Below, piece after piece: positions 10,170-17,118 of a DNA stretch of 45,469 nucleotides. The stretch comes from Pedosphaera sp. (lineage in GTDB: Bacteria > Verrucomicrobiota > Verrucomicrobiia > Limisphaerales > SIBH01): the NCBI GenBank assembly GCA_031414955.1, contig JANOQV010000003.1, positions 1-45,469 on the forward strand, written 5' to 3'. The position numbers were made by a program, and so were the translations under genes. Positions within the stretch are counted from its first letter, which is position 1. Each line of letters starts with the position of its first letter. The notes beneath the pieces were generated by a model. It ran no database searches. It saw only the letters and a list, made by a program, of their open reading frames with translations, and had not been told where the DNA came from.

Positions 10170-11216
10170 ATGGACGCCCAATGGAACGCGAATCATTCAA
10201 CCTCGCTGCCGATCGATGCCCATGTGCATATCGTGGGCAACGGCCTGCGCGGCAGCGGGTGCTGGATGAAGATCGGGATGTGGCACCGCCCGCTCGCAGC
10301 CTTCATGCTGCGGCACATTGGCGTCGGGGTCAGCACGAGCGCGGCGGAATTCGACGAGGCTTACGCAAATCACCTGGCGAAGCTGGTGCGGGAATCGTCC
10401 TTGGGTGCGGCCGTAATTCTAGCCCAAGATGAGGTGTATGACGTTCACGGGCGCAAGCTGGAGTTCGGATCGTTCCATGTGCCGAACGATTATGTTTTGC
10501 AACTGGCGCACGAACACCCGGAGTTTCTGCCCGCCGTTTCCATCCATCCCGCCCGGGCCGACGCGTTGGATGAACTGGAACGTTGCCTCGAAGCGGGCGC
10601 GGTCATGCTGAAACTGCTGCCCAACTGCCACAATGTTGATGGCCACGATGTGCGCTACAAAAAGTTCTGGGAGCGAATGGCGGCGGCGAAACTGCCGCTC
10701 CTGGCTCATACCGGGGGCGAACACACGGTGCCGGTGTTTGACAAGAAACTTTCCGACCCGCGAACCCTGCGGCTGCCGCTGGAGTGCGGCGTCACGGTCA
10801 TCGCGGCGCATTGCGCGACCAAGAGTGGTCTGGGCGACCCGGAATACTTTCATGTCCTGGGCGAAATGTTCTCCCGGCATCCGAATCTTTACGGAGATAC
10901 CAGCGCGTTTAACGTGCCGATTCGCGGGCGCCATGTGCGCGCCTGCCTGGTCGAACCGTTCGCCTCGCGGTTGGTGCATGGCAGTGATTATCCAGTGCCG
11001 GTGTTCGGACACTGGGCGTGGATGCAGCGGTTCGTCGATTGGGCGCAATTCCGTCGTTGCGAGCGCATCCCGAACGTGCTGGAGAAGGACTATCAATTGA
11101 AGGTCGCGATGGGCTTTCCCGCCGGGCATTTCACGAGGATTGACTCTTTACTGCGGCCTTCACCGGCTCTGGAACGCATTCGTACAAAAAAACCGGACCC
11201 GGCAGTCAGGGGATGA
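10170..11216 (+). CDS. Amidohydrolase family (amidohydrolase_2) protein
   Basis: IDAHVH metal motif, 'LLAHTGGE', 'IAAH', 'HGSDYP'. Confidence 0.85.
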   Translation: MDAQWNANHSTSLPIDAHVHIVGNGLRGSGCWMKIGMWHRPLAAFMLRHIGVGVSTSAAEFDEAYANHLAKLVRESSLGAAVILAQDEVYDVHGRKLEFGSFHVPNDYVLQLAHEHPEFLPAVSIHPARADALDELERCLEAGAVMLKLLPNCHNVDGHDVRYKKFWERMAAAKLPLLAHTGGEHTVPVFDKKLSDPRTLRLPLECGVTVIAAHCATKSGLGDPEYFHVLGEMFSRHPNLYGDTSAFNVPIRGRHVRACLVEPFASRLVHGSDYPVPVFGHWAWMQRFVDWAQFRRCERIPNVLEKDYQLKVAMGFPAGHFTRIDSLLRPSPALERIRTKKPDPAVRG

Positions 11217-11230
11217 CCGTCCGGGTCCGG
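11186..11230 (-). terminator. Intrinsic terminator on the minus strand
   Basis: ccggacccgg (11193-11202) pairs with ccgggtccgg (11221-11230), with an inner gtca/tgac pair, followed by 7 U on the minus strand. Confidence 0.75.
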
Positions 11231-11370
11231 GGAATTTCGATTTAATACAAGTAGGACTAGGTGGTAATCCGGTCTGGCTCTGTATTTGAAAGCCGAACCG
11301 AAATCTGTTTAGCGACTCTCTTCAAAGAACAATTTTCCAGTCGCTCTGAAAATCTGATGCCCTAATCCGC
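11186..11370 (-). ncRNA. Candidate structured small RNA, family unassigned
   Basis: TTGACA-17-TTCACT promoter upstream, three nested stems, own terminator, no credible ORF. Confidence 0.5.
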
Positions 11371-11374
11371 GCGT

Positions 11375-11403
11375 AGTGAACCATTGGGCCGCAGGGATGT
11401 CAA
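11375..11403 (-). promoter_or_regulatory. Sigma-70-type promoter for the candidate sRNA
   Basis: Perfect -35 TTGACA (11403-11398), 17-bp spacer, TGn-extended but imperfect -10 TTCACT (11380-11375). Confidence 0.5.
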
Positions 11404-11459
11404 TAGCCCCGTTACGTATCCCACGCCTCAACCCGGCGCGTTGAGGACAGCGGCGGCGC

Positions 11460-11700
11460 CCTACCCGTCGTTGTCGGGCTTGGAAGGCCGTTCCCTTTCG
11501 CGACGGGTTCGATACCGCCGCTTCCGGTAGCCCTACCATTGGTCGCGGGGTCCATACCGCCGCTCATGGTAGCCATACCGCGCCGTTTGGGATGCCATCC
11601 CATTGGCCGTGGTAGGCCTACCATTCCGGGCGGGACCCATACCGCTGCGCCCGGTAGGCCTACAATGGGGCGCGGGATGGCCCTTCCGTGACCGAAAACC
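11460..11700. repeat. Degenerate 21-bp tandem repeat array (about 9-11 units)
   Basis: Units such as gataccgccgcttccggtagc / cctaccattggtcgcggggtc / cataccgccgctcatggtagc / ccataccgctgcgcccggtag recur with a 21-bp period and one 1-bp slip near 11580. Confidence 0.65.
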
Positions 11701-11867
11701 CCTGATTTTGGCCGAAAACGGCCTCCCGCAGGGCAAAACTGGCCTCCCGGCAGCCGAAGGTGGTCATTTTGGGCCACCCACCCGCCGGGCGACAACCTGG
11801 GTAGCCCTGGTCGCGCTGCGACTGCTCCGCCCGCATCCAGCGGACGGTCCGGAAGGTCCATCGCCGT

Positions 11868-11934
11868 CTCCTCTCCCGTCCTTCGGACACCCTCTCCTCC
11901 ACCCCGAGTGGCGGAGAGTGACGTGGAGAGGAGG
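11868..11934. repeat. REP-like 'cctctcc…ggagagg' hairpin element
   Basis: ctcctctccc…caccctctcctcc…ggagagtg…ggagaggag; same family as 13809-13841. Confidence 0.55.
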
Positions 11935-11948
11935 CGGCGAGGCGAGTC

Positions 11949-12020
11949 GTGACCTATCTGGACACCGGCTGCCTCGTCAAACTTTACTACCCGGAGCCGG
12001 ACAGTCCCCAAGTCATCGCG
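11949..12020 (+). pseudogene. vapC: Truncated VapC/PIN toxin (5' fragment)
   Basis: GTG-start frame MTYLDTGCLVKLYYPEPDSPQVIA matches the PIN N-terminus (YLDTS.LVKLY..E..S). It then runs into a palindromic repeat and stops at 12128. The preceding 'cga ggc gag tcg tga' looks like an antitoxin end with a GTGA overlap. Confidence 0.7.
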
Positions 12021-12041
12021 CCGCAGAGTTGGGATTTTTTT

Positions 12042-12272
12042 ATCCCAACGGGATTCCGTCCCTCAGCCCAAGGGTTGCGAGGCACGAGCTACCCTTGGAA
12101 ACGGCCCGCGATTTTTTCGCAACCCTGAAGGGGTTGCAGCCCACCGGACACGGACGCGCCTGACCGAAGGCTGCAACCCTTTCAGGGTTGAGGAACTTTT
12201 CGGAACGCAACCCAGGGTAGCTCGCCGGGCCTCGCAACCCTTGGGCTGAGGGATGCAACACCTTTGGTGTTG
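12042..12272. repeat. Large palindromic REP/REPIN-like element (about 230 bp)
   Basis: Nested arms: tccctcagcccaagggttgcgaggc / gcctcgcaacccttgggctgaggga; cgagctaccct / agggtagctcg; caaccctgaaggggttgcagcc / ggctgcaaccctttcagggttg. Confidence 0.85.
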
Positions 12273-12296
12273 AGCCGCACGCCGCGGCGGCGGAGC

Positions 12297-12500
12297 GCAG
12301 CCCGTGAGGAGTTCGCCAGGCGCGCGACGGCGAGCCGGAAGTTCGTTGGCCGGCCCCGAACTACACCGGTCCGATTTGCCAGCATCACGAATACGAGCTG
12401 GGCGATAACGACTCGATGCGCGCGCACTTCAAAAAAACCTGGCCACGCTGCGGGAATGGTCGAAGGGGGCTGACCACGGGGAAGTCGCGCGACGGGGGCA
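12297..12500 (+). repeat. Gene-tail direct repeat, copy 1 (3' end of a probable sugar-phosphate isomerase/epimerase; frameshifted)
   Basis: Reads NYTGPICQHHEYELGDNDSMRAHFKK-(1-nt deletion)-DLATLREW…TGA at 12471-12473; aligns to copies 2 and 3. Confidence 0.85.
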
Positions 12501-12518
12501 CTCGAAGGAGTCGAGTGC

Positions 12519-12547
12519 TTGCCAGTGCAGGGCGTGTACCCTAGTTT
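12519..12547 (+). promoter_or_regulatory. Promoter of TA module 1 (leaderless-type)
   Basis: TTGCCA-17-TAGTTT, 6 nt before ATG 12554; no Shine-Dalgarno. Confidence 0.55.
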
Positions 12548-12553
12548 CGCCCC

Positions 12554-12757
12554 ATGACAACGACCGTGGATGCGATCTACGAAAACGGCAAACTCCTGTT
12601 GCCGCGCCCGCTGTCCCTACCGGAAAACTCCCACGTCCGCGTGACCATCGAATCCGATTCAGAGCGTGAGGCGTGGCTGAAGCTCTCCGAGGAATCGCTC
12701 CACAAGGTCTGGGACAACGACGCGGATGATGTCTTCAGTGCACTGCTCAAGAAATGA
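12554..12757 (+). CDS. Antitoxin, DUF104/AF2212-like family
   Basis: 'TVDAIYENGKLLLPRPLSLPENSHVRVTI' is the typical N-terminus; acidic tail 'WDNDADDVF'; overlaps the toxin gene. Confidence 0.8.
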   Translation: MTTTVDAIYENGKLLLPRPLSLPENSHVRVTIESDSEREAWLKLSEESLHKVWDNDADDVFSALLKK

Positions 12758-13049
12758 GGTCGTGCTCCTGCCGATTCCGTTCACGGATTTGAACAGCCGC
12801 AAGGTTCGCCCCGCCGTCGTCATCGGGCGCAATGGTGCCGACCTTTTCCTCGTGCCCATCTCGTCGGTTCTGGCCAACACGGATTTCCCGCTCCAGGACT
12901 GGCGTGCGGCGGTCTTGAACGTCCCTTGCGGAATCAAATCGCAAGTCGCCACCGTCGAGGAAAGGTTGGTCGTGAAATCCGTCGGCTTCCTGGCTGCGGC
13001 TGACTGTCAGACGTTAGACGCTCGCTTACGAACCTGGCTGCAACTCTGA
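12738..13049 (+). CDS. mazF: PemK/MazF family toxin (endoribonuclease)
   Basis: 'EVVLLPIPFTD…KVRPAVVI…LVPISS' PemK signature; probable GTG start at 12738. Confidence 0.85.
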   Translation: MHCSRNEVVLLPIPFTDLNSRKVRPAVVIGRNGADLFLVPISSVLANTDFPLQDWRAAVLNVPCGIKSQVATVEERLVVKSVGFLAAADCQTLDARLRTWLQL

Positions 13050-13091
13050 TGCGGCCCGGCGTGACACGGCGAGGAGCACACGCGCCCCAAG

Positions 13092-13231
13092 CACCGGCGC
13101 GATTTGCCAGCACCACGAATACGAGCTGGGCGAGAACGACGCCAGGCGTGCGCACTTTAAAAATGACCTGGCCATGCTGCGGGAATGGCTGAACGGGGGC
13201 TGACCACGGGGAGTTCGCGGGACGGGCGGCA
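13092..13231 (+). repeat. Gene-tail direct repeat, copy 2
   Basis: In-frame TGAICQHHEYELGENDARRAHFKNDLAMLREWLNGG-TGA (13093-13203), plus about 28 bp after the stop shared with copy 1. Confidence 0.85.
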
Positions 13232-13270
13232 GCGTGGCGGGTTTAACAGCGTGGCGCTCGTGAATTTGCA

Positions 13271-13299
13271 TTGGCAAATACGGCCAGGGCGCCCAAATT
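13271..13299 (+). promoter_or_regulatory. Promoter of TA module 2 (leaderless-type)
   Basis: TTGGCA-17-CAAATT, 6 nt before ATG 13306. Confidence 0.5.
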
Positions 13300-13305
13300 C
13301 CCCGC

Positions 13306-13518
13306 ATGAGTCCGAGCTTTGAAACTTTGGTTGAGGAAGTGCGAACCCGCTCCGTTGAAGAGAAGGAGGAACTGAAATTCCTGCTCGAACGCGCGCTCAT
13401 CGAAGAGCGCCGCCGTGAAATCCGCACCAACCACCGCCGCAGCCGGGACGAGGTGAAGCGCGGCAAGCTCAAGTTTTCCAGTTCCATCCCTGACCTAAAG
13501 AAGTCACTCGCCGCGTGA
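13306..13518 (+). CDS. Putative antitoxin
   Basis: 70-aa charged helical protein, C-terminal 'GKLKFSSSIPDLKKSL', TGATG coupling to the RelE-family toxin. Confidence 0.75.
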   Translation: MSPSFETLVEEVRTRSVEEKEELKFLLERALIEERRREIRTNHRRSRDEVKRGKLKFSSSIPDLKKSLAA

Positions 13519-13787
13519 TGACGCAGGTTGCCTTCAGTTCATCCTTCAAGCGCGCCTTCAAGAAACGCATCGAGGTCAGGAGGGATTTGGAACAGAAGTT
13601 CTGGCGACGGGTGGAAATCTTCACCGCCAACCCGCACGATCCCCGGCTCCGCACCCACAAGCTGTCGGGCGAACTGCGTGAGCAGTGGAGTTTCACCGTC
13701 GAGTACGACGTGCGCGTGGTGTTTTCGTTTCTGCCGAAGAGCCGCGCCGTGTTCGAGGACATTGGTAGCCATGACGAAGTTTATTAG
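13518..13787 (+). CDS. RelE/YafQ-family mRNA interferase toxin
   Basis: 'FSSSFKRAFKK…NPHDPRLRTHKLSG…WSFTVEYDVRVVF…DIGSHDEVY'. Confidence 0.9.
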   Translation: MTQVAFSSSFKRAFKKRIEVRRDLEQKFWRRVEIFTANPHDPRLRTHKLSGELREQWSFTVEYDVRVVFSFLPKSRAVFEDIGSHDEVY

Positions 13788-13808
13788 CGCGGGTGCCGCC
13801 GCCCGATT

Positions 13809-13841
13809 CCCTCTCCTTGCGAGGCACGAGTGAGGAGAGGG
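13809..13841. repeat. REP-like hairpin
   Basis: ccctctcct…aggagaggg; its loop (ttgcgaggcacgag) also occurs in the element at 12042-12272. Confidence 0.6.
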
Positions 13842-13853
13842 CCAGGGAGACGA

Positions 13854-14032
13854 GCAGCCCATGAGGTGTTCGCCAGGCGCGCGGCTGCGAGACGGAAGTT
13901 CGTTCGCCAGCCACGAACTACACCGGCGCGATTTGCCAGCATCACGAATACGAGCTGGGCGAGAACGACGCCAGGCGCGCGCACTTCAAAAGAGACCTGG
14001 CCACGCTGCGGGAATGGCTGAACGGGGTCTGA
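13854..14032 (+). repeat. Gene-tail direct repeat, copy 3
   Basis: gcagcccatgaggtgttcgccaggcgcgcg… aligns with copy 1; reads NYTGAICQHHEYELGENDARRAHFKRDLATLREWLNGV-TGA (stop 14030-14032). Confidence 0.85.
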
Positions 14033-14103
14033 CAGGGTCGCCCTCAATAAACTTTCCTGCTCGCCCTGTCTTCGAACGGCTGTTAATTCCAAACGCGAGT
14101 CGA

Positions 14104-16563
14104 ATGGCGAAAAACTTTTCCAGCTTCAGCAAAGCGCTGCTCAAAGCGAAGACCGAAGAAGAAGTCAAGCATGCCTACGCCGAGCACTTCGGCTTGGATT
14201 ATGATACGGAGTTTCATCACGACCTTTATTCGCCGGAAATTTTTTTTGAATTCAAATCCTCCCGCAGCTTGCAGAAGCGGGACGCGCGCGCCGCTGTTCT
14301 GGCCCAGGTGATTTACTACGTCCGTCGGTTGCGCCTCGGCTATGCGGACAAAGTTGTTCCGCCGGTGCTTTGTGTGGCGGATTCACGGCAGGCGTTTTTC
14401 ACCGAAACAAAGAAGTGGCAGAAGTTTTTTAACAACGAGAGCAGGTATGACTGGGAACTCGCACCCAGCCAACCCGACGAGAAACTGGTCTCCGATCTCA
14501 CCGCATTCGCCGAGACCAATGCCATCAAGGTTTTTGATGTTCTTGAGGAAGCTGAGTATGAACTGTTCAGCCAGAGCCTGACGCACCATCGCGCGACTCA
14601 GACCGAGTTTGATTTCCGTGTCAAAAAGCTAATCACCGAGGAAAATTTCGAGGAGGTTTTTGATTATTGGAACCAGTGCTTCGGTGACTCCGTGCGCAAT
14701 GGGACCAAGTCTTCCCGCTATTTTCTGTGCGACATCCAGCAGGACCGTTCGGAGTACGACAGAAAGGAGAACAAGGTCGTCTTTCTCGTCGGGCCGGAAG
14801 AACGCCGGGCGAAAAAAATTCTGCCGAAAGAATACGAATGGTTCTGGTCGAACTACGAAAAAGTCACCGACCCCGCCACGGTCAGGAACATTCTGGCGAA
14901 GGTGGACCGGCTGACCGACGAACCCATCCGCCGGTTCACCGGGGAGTTCTTTACGCCCGTGGCCTTCGCGCGTAAGGCGCACAGTTACCTGGAGCGGGTC
15001 ATCGGGCCGAAGTGGTGGACGAAAAATTACCGCCTGTGGGACATGGCCGCAGGCACGGGGAACCTGGAGTGGTTTCTTCCGGCAGACGCCTATCCGAGCA
15101 TCTATCTCTCGTCGCTCCACCACGAGGACGTGCAGCACTGCAAGCGCGTGTTCCCTGGCGCGACGGTTTTTCAATACGACTATCTCAACGATGACGTAGA
15201 GAGTGTTTTTGACGACCAGTCACTTTTTGACCGACAACGCAAACGCCCGGACAACCTCCTGCGCGACCTGATGAACCCGGACATCAAGTGGATCATCTTC
15301 ATCAACCCGCCCTTCGCCACCTCGCAAAAGGCGGGCTACTCCGGCGAGAGCAAGAAGAGCGTGAGCGACACGAAGATTCGTCCGCTCATGCACGACCAGG
15401 GGCTGGGCGAAGTCTCGCGGGAACTGTTCGCACAGTTCCTGTTCCGTATCCGGCAGGAGTTCGCCGACAAACAGGCGCATCTCGGGCTTTTTTCCACGCT
15501 CAAATACGTCAACTCGAACAATGACCAGAAGTTTCGCGACCAAGTGTTCCAGTTCACCTTCAAGGATGGCTTCGTGTTTTCATCCGCAAATTTTTCTGGC
15601 ACGCAGGCGTCGAATCCGTTCCCAGTCGGCTTTCTCGTCTGGGATTTGGCGAAACTGAAAAAGCTCGAAGCACAAAAGCTGGAAGTGACCGTGCTGGACG
15701 ACGACACGAGCAAGATTGGACGCAAACTGATCGTGTCCGAACATCGCGACCGTTTCTTGAGCAAGTGGATTGACCGGGTGCCGGCCACGGAAGTTTTTCC
15801 GCCGTTGGGTGGCGCCATTTCCGTCAAAGCTGGCAATGAAGATGTCCGCGACCGCGTGGCCAAAGATTTTCTGGCCTCGCTCATGTGCAAGGGCAACGAC
15901 GTGCAGAACTACAACAACGTGGCGTTGCTCTCGGGGCCGTATGTCAGCGCGGGCGCGTTGTCTATCGTGCCGGAGAACTTTGACCGGGCGGTGATCGTCC
16001 ACGCGGTGCGAAAAAACGTCCGCAAGAGCTGGATCAATGACCGCGACCAATTCCTCCAGCCGGAAGGAAAGCCCGGGGTGGAGTTTGTCCGCCGGTGCGC
16101 GGTGTGGAGCTTGTTCGCGGATTCCAACCAGACGGCCTCGCTGCGGAACGTGGCTTACAAGGGAAAGATTTTTCAGATCACGAATCAATTTTTCCCGTTC
16201 AAGGTTGCGGCGGTCAAGAAGTGGGAGGTTTCTGATTCCGAGATCGCGCGCTCGTTCAAGGCCGACAGCGAAGATCGCTTCGTGACGAAGTGGCTGGATC
16301 AACAAAAACTGGAGGCCGACTGCGACGAGCTTTTGCAAACCGGCGGCGAAATTTACCGGGTCTTCTTCAAAAGTTTCAAGGAGTTGCCCACCGCAAAGTT
16401 CAAGGTGGAGCATTGGGACGCGGGCTGGTGGCAGGTGAAAAAATGTCTCGTCGAAGCCGGGCTGGAGGGTGAGCGGTTCAAACAGGTCGAGATTCTTAAA
16501 AGAGAAATCGGCTCGAAGATCAACAGCGAGGCAATGGATTTGAGAATCATCTCCGCTGGTTGA
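14104..16563 (+). CDS. Fused endonuclease-N6-adenine methyltransferase (Type IIG/IIL-like restriction-modification enzyme)
   Basis: N-terminal 'TEEEVK…DLY…IFFEFK' (PD-(D/E)xK-like), 'GEFFTP', SAM motif 'WDMAAGTGNL', catalytic 'INPPF'; more AT-rich than flanking core genes. Start at ATG 14104; the ORF-track extension covers the repeat. Confidence 0.75.
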   Translation: MAKNFSSFSKALLKAKTEEEVKHAYAEHFGLDYDTEFHHDLYSPEIFFEFKSSRSLQKRDARAAVLAQVIYYVRRLRLGYADKVVPPVLCVADSRQAFFTETKKWQKFFNNESRYDWELAPSQPDEKLVSDLTAFAETNAIKVFDVLEEAEYELFSQSLTHHRATQTEFDFRVKKLITEENFEEVFDYWNQCFGDSVRNGTKSSRYFLCDIQQDRSEYDRKENKVVFLVGPEERRAKKILPKEYEWFWSNYEKVTDPATVRNILAKVDRLTDEPIRRFTGEFFTPVAFARKAHSYLERVIGPKWWTKNYRLWDMAAGTGNLEWFLPADAYPSIYLSSLHHEDVQHCKRVFPGATVFQYDYLNDDVESVFDDQSLFDRQRKRPDNLLRDLMNPDIKWIIFINPPFATSQKAGYSGESKKSVSDTKIRPLMHDQGLGEVSRELFAQFLFRIRQEFADKQAHLGLFSTLKYVNSNNDQKFRDQVFQFTFKDGFVFSSANFSGTQASNPFPVGFLVWDLAKLKKLEAQKLEVTVLDDDTSKIGRKLIVSEHRDRFLSKWIDRVPATEVFPPLGGAISVKAGNEDVRDRVAKDFLASLMCKGNDVQNYNNVALLSGPYVSAGALSIVPENFDRAVIVHAVRKNVRKSWINDRDQFLQPEGKPGVEFVRRCAVWSLFADSNQTASLRNVAYKGKIFQITNQFFPFKVAAVKKWEVSDSEIARSFKADSEDRFVTKWLDQQKLEADCDELLQTGGEIYRVFFKSFKELPTAKFKVEHWDAGWWQVKKCLVEAGLEGERFKQVEILKREIGSKINSEAMDLRIISAG

Positions 16564-16570
16564 ATGGCAC

Positions 16571-17031
16571 CTCATCGCCAAAGTGGTGAAGGTGGATGCA
16601 GCCAATGACCTCGCGTTGCTCAAGGCAGAGGGCCGGTCTGCGGCGTTGCCGGTGGTGGCGAGCCCCGACCCTTGTCGGGGCTGGGGAGCACGGTGGCCAC
16701 GGTCGGTTTCCCCAACGCGGGTTTGCAAGGGTTCGCGCCCAAGCTGGCCCGGGGCGAAATCGCCGCGCTGTCCGGCGCGCAGGATGACGCGCGGTATTTT
16801 CAAATCAGCGTGCCGGTGCAGCCGAGCAATTCGGGCGGCGCGCTGGTGGACGAGCGCGGGGCCTTGCCGGAGAACGTGAACTAAGCGGTGAAGAGCAGCT
16901 TCCTGCTCAGCTTCCTCGAAGCCGTGCCAGAGGTTTCTGCGAAACTCAAGGACGCGAAGACGAAAGAGCGGAAGTTCGAGGACGTGGTGAAGTCCGCCGA
17001 GCAGTCGGCGGTGCTGGTGTTGGTGTATTGA
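16571..17031 (+). pseudogene. 3' fragment of a trypsin-like serine protease
   Basis: AKVVKVDAANDLALLK…(frameshift near 16670)…GFPNAGLQG…FQISVPVQPSNSGGALVDERG…ENVN-TAA-AVKSSFLL…AVLVLVY-TGA. It has no 5' half, one frameshift and one premature stop. Confidence 0.85.
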
Positions 17032-17045
17032 GGGGAGGGTTTTAG

Positions 17046-17117
17046 CCACGGATTACACGGATGGCACGGATGGGGAGAAAGAATTCCACCCGCCTTTCTT
17101 CATCCGTGTCATTCGTG
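17046..17117. repeat. 'cacggat' short-repeat palindromic element
   Basis: cacggattacacggatggcacggatg … catccgtgtcattcgtg. Confidence 0.7.
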
Positions 17118-17118
17118 A

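Noticed and set aside
11412..12163. ORFs 11412-12011 (-) and 11603-12163 (+) as real genes
   Set aside because: They are stitched across tandem repeats, REP hairpins and the vapC fragment, with no coherent domain.
12297..14032. CRISPR array or integron attC sites as the explanation for the direct repeats
   Set aside because: The repeats are 140-200 bp, non-palindromic, lack RYYYAAC/GTTRRRY ends and translate as a protein C-terminus; no cas or intI gene is present.
12182..14092. Small mutually similar ORFs (12182-12427, 12264-12473, 12934-13155, 13784-14092, 13830-14021)
   Set aside because: They are off-frame or antisense translations of the gene-tail repeat, not a gene family.
13861..14103. 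81-aa N-terminal extension of the 900-aa ORF
   Set aside because: It runs through repeat copy 3 in a frame other than the gene-tail frame; ATG 14104 is the credible start.
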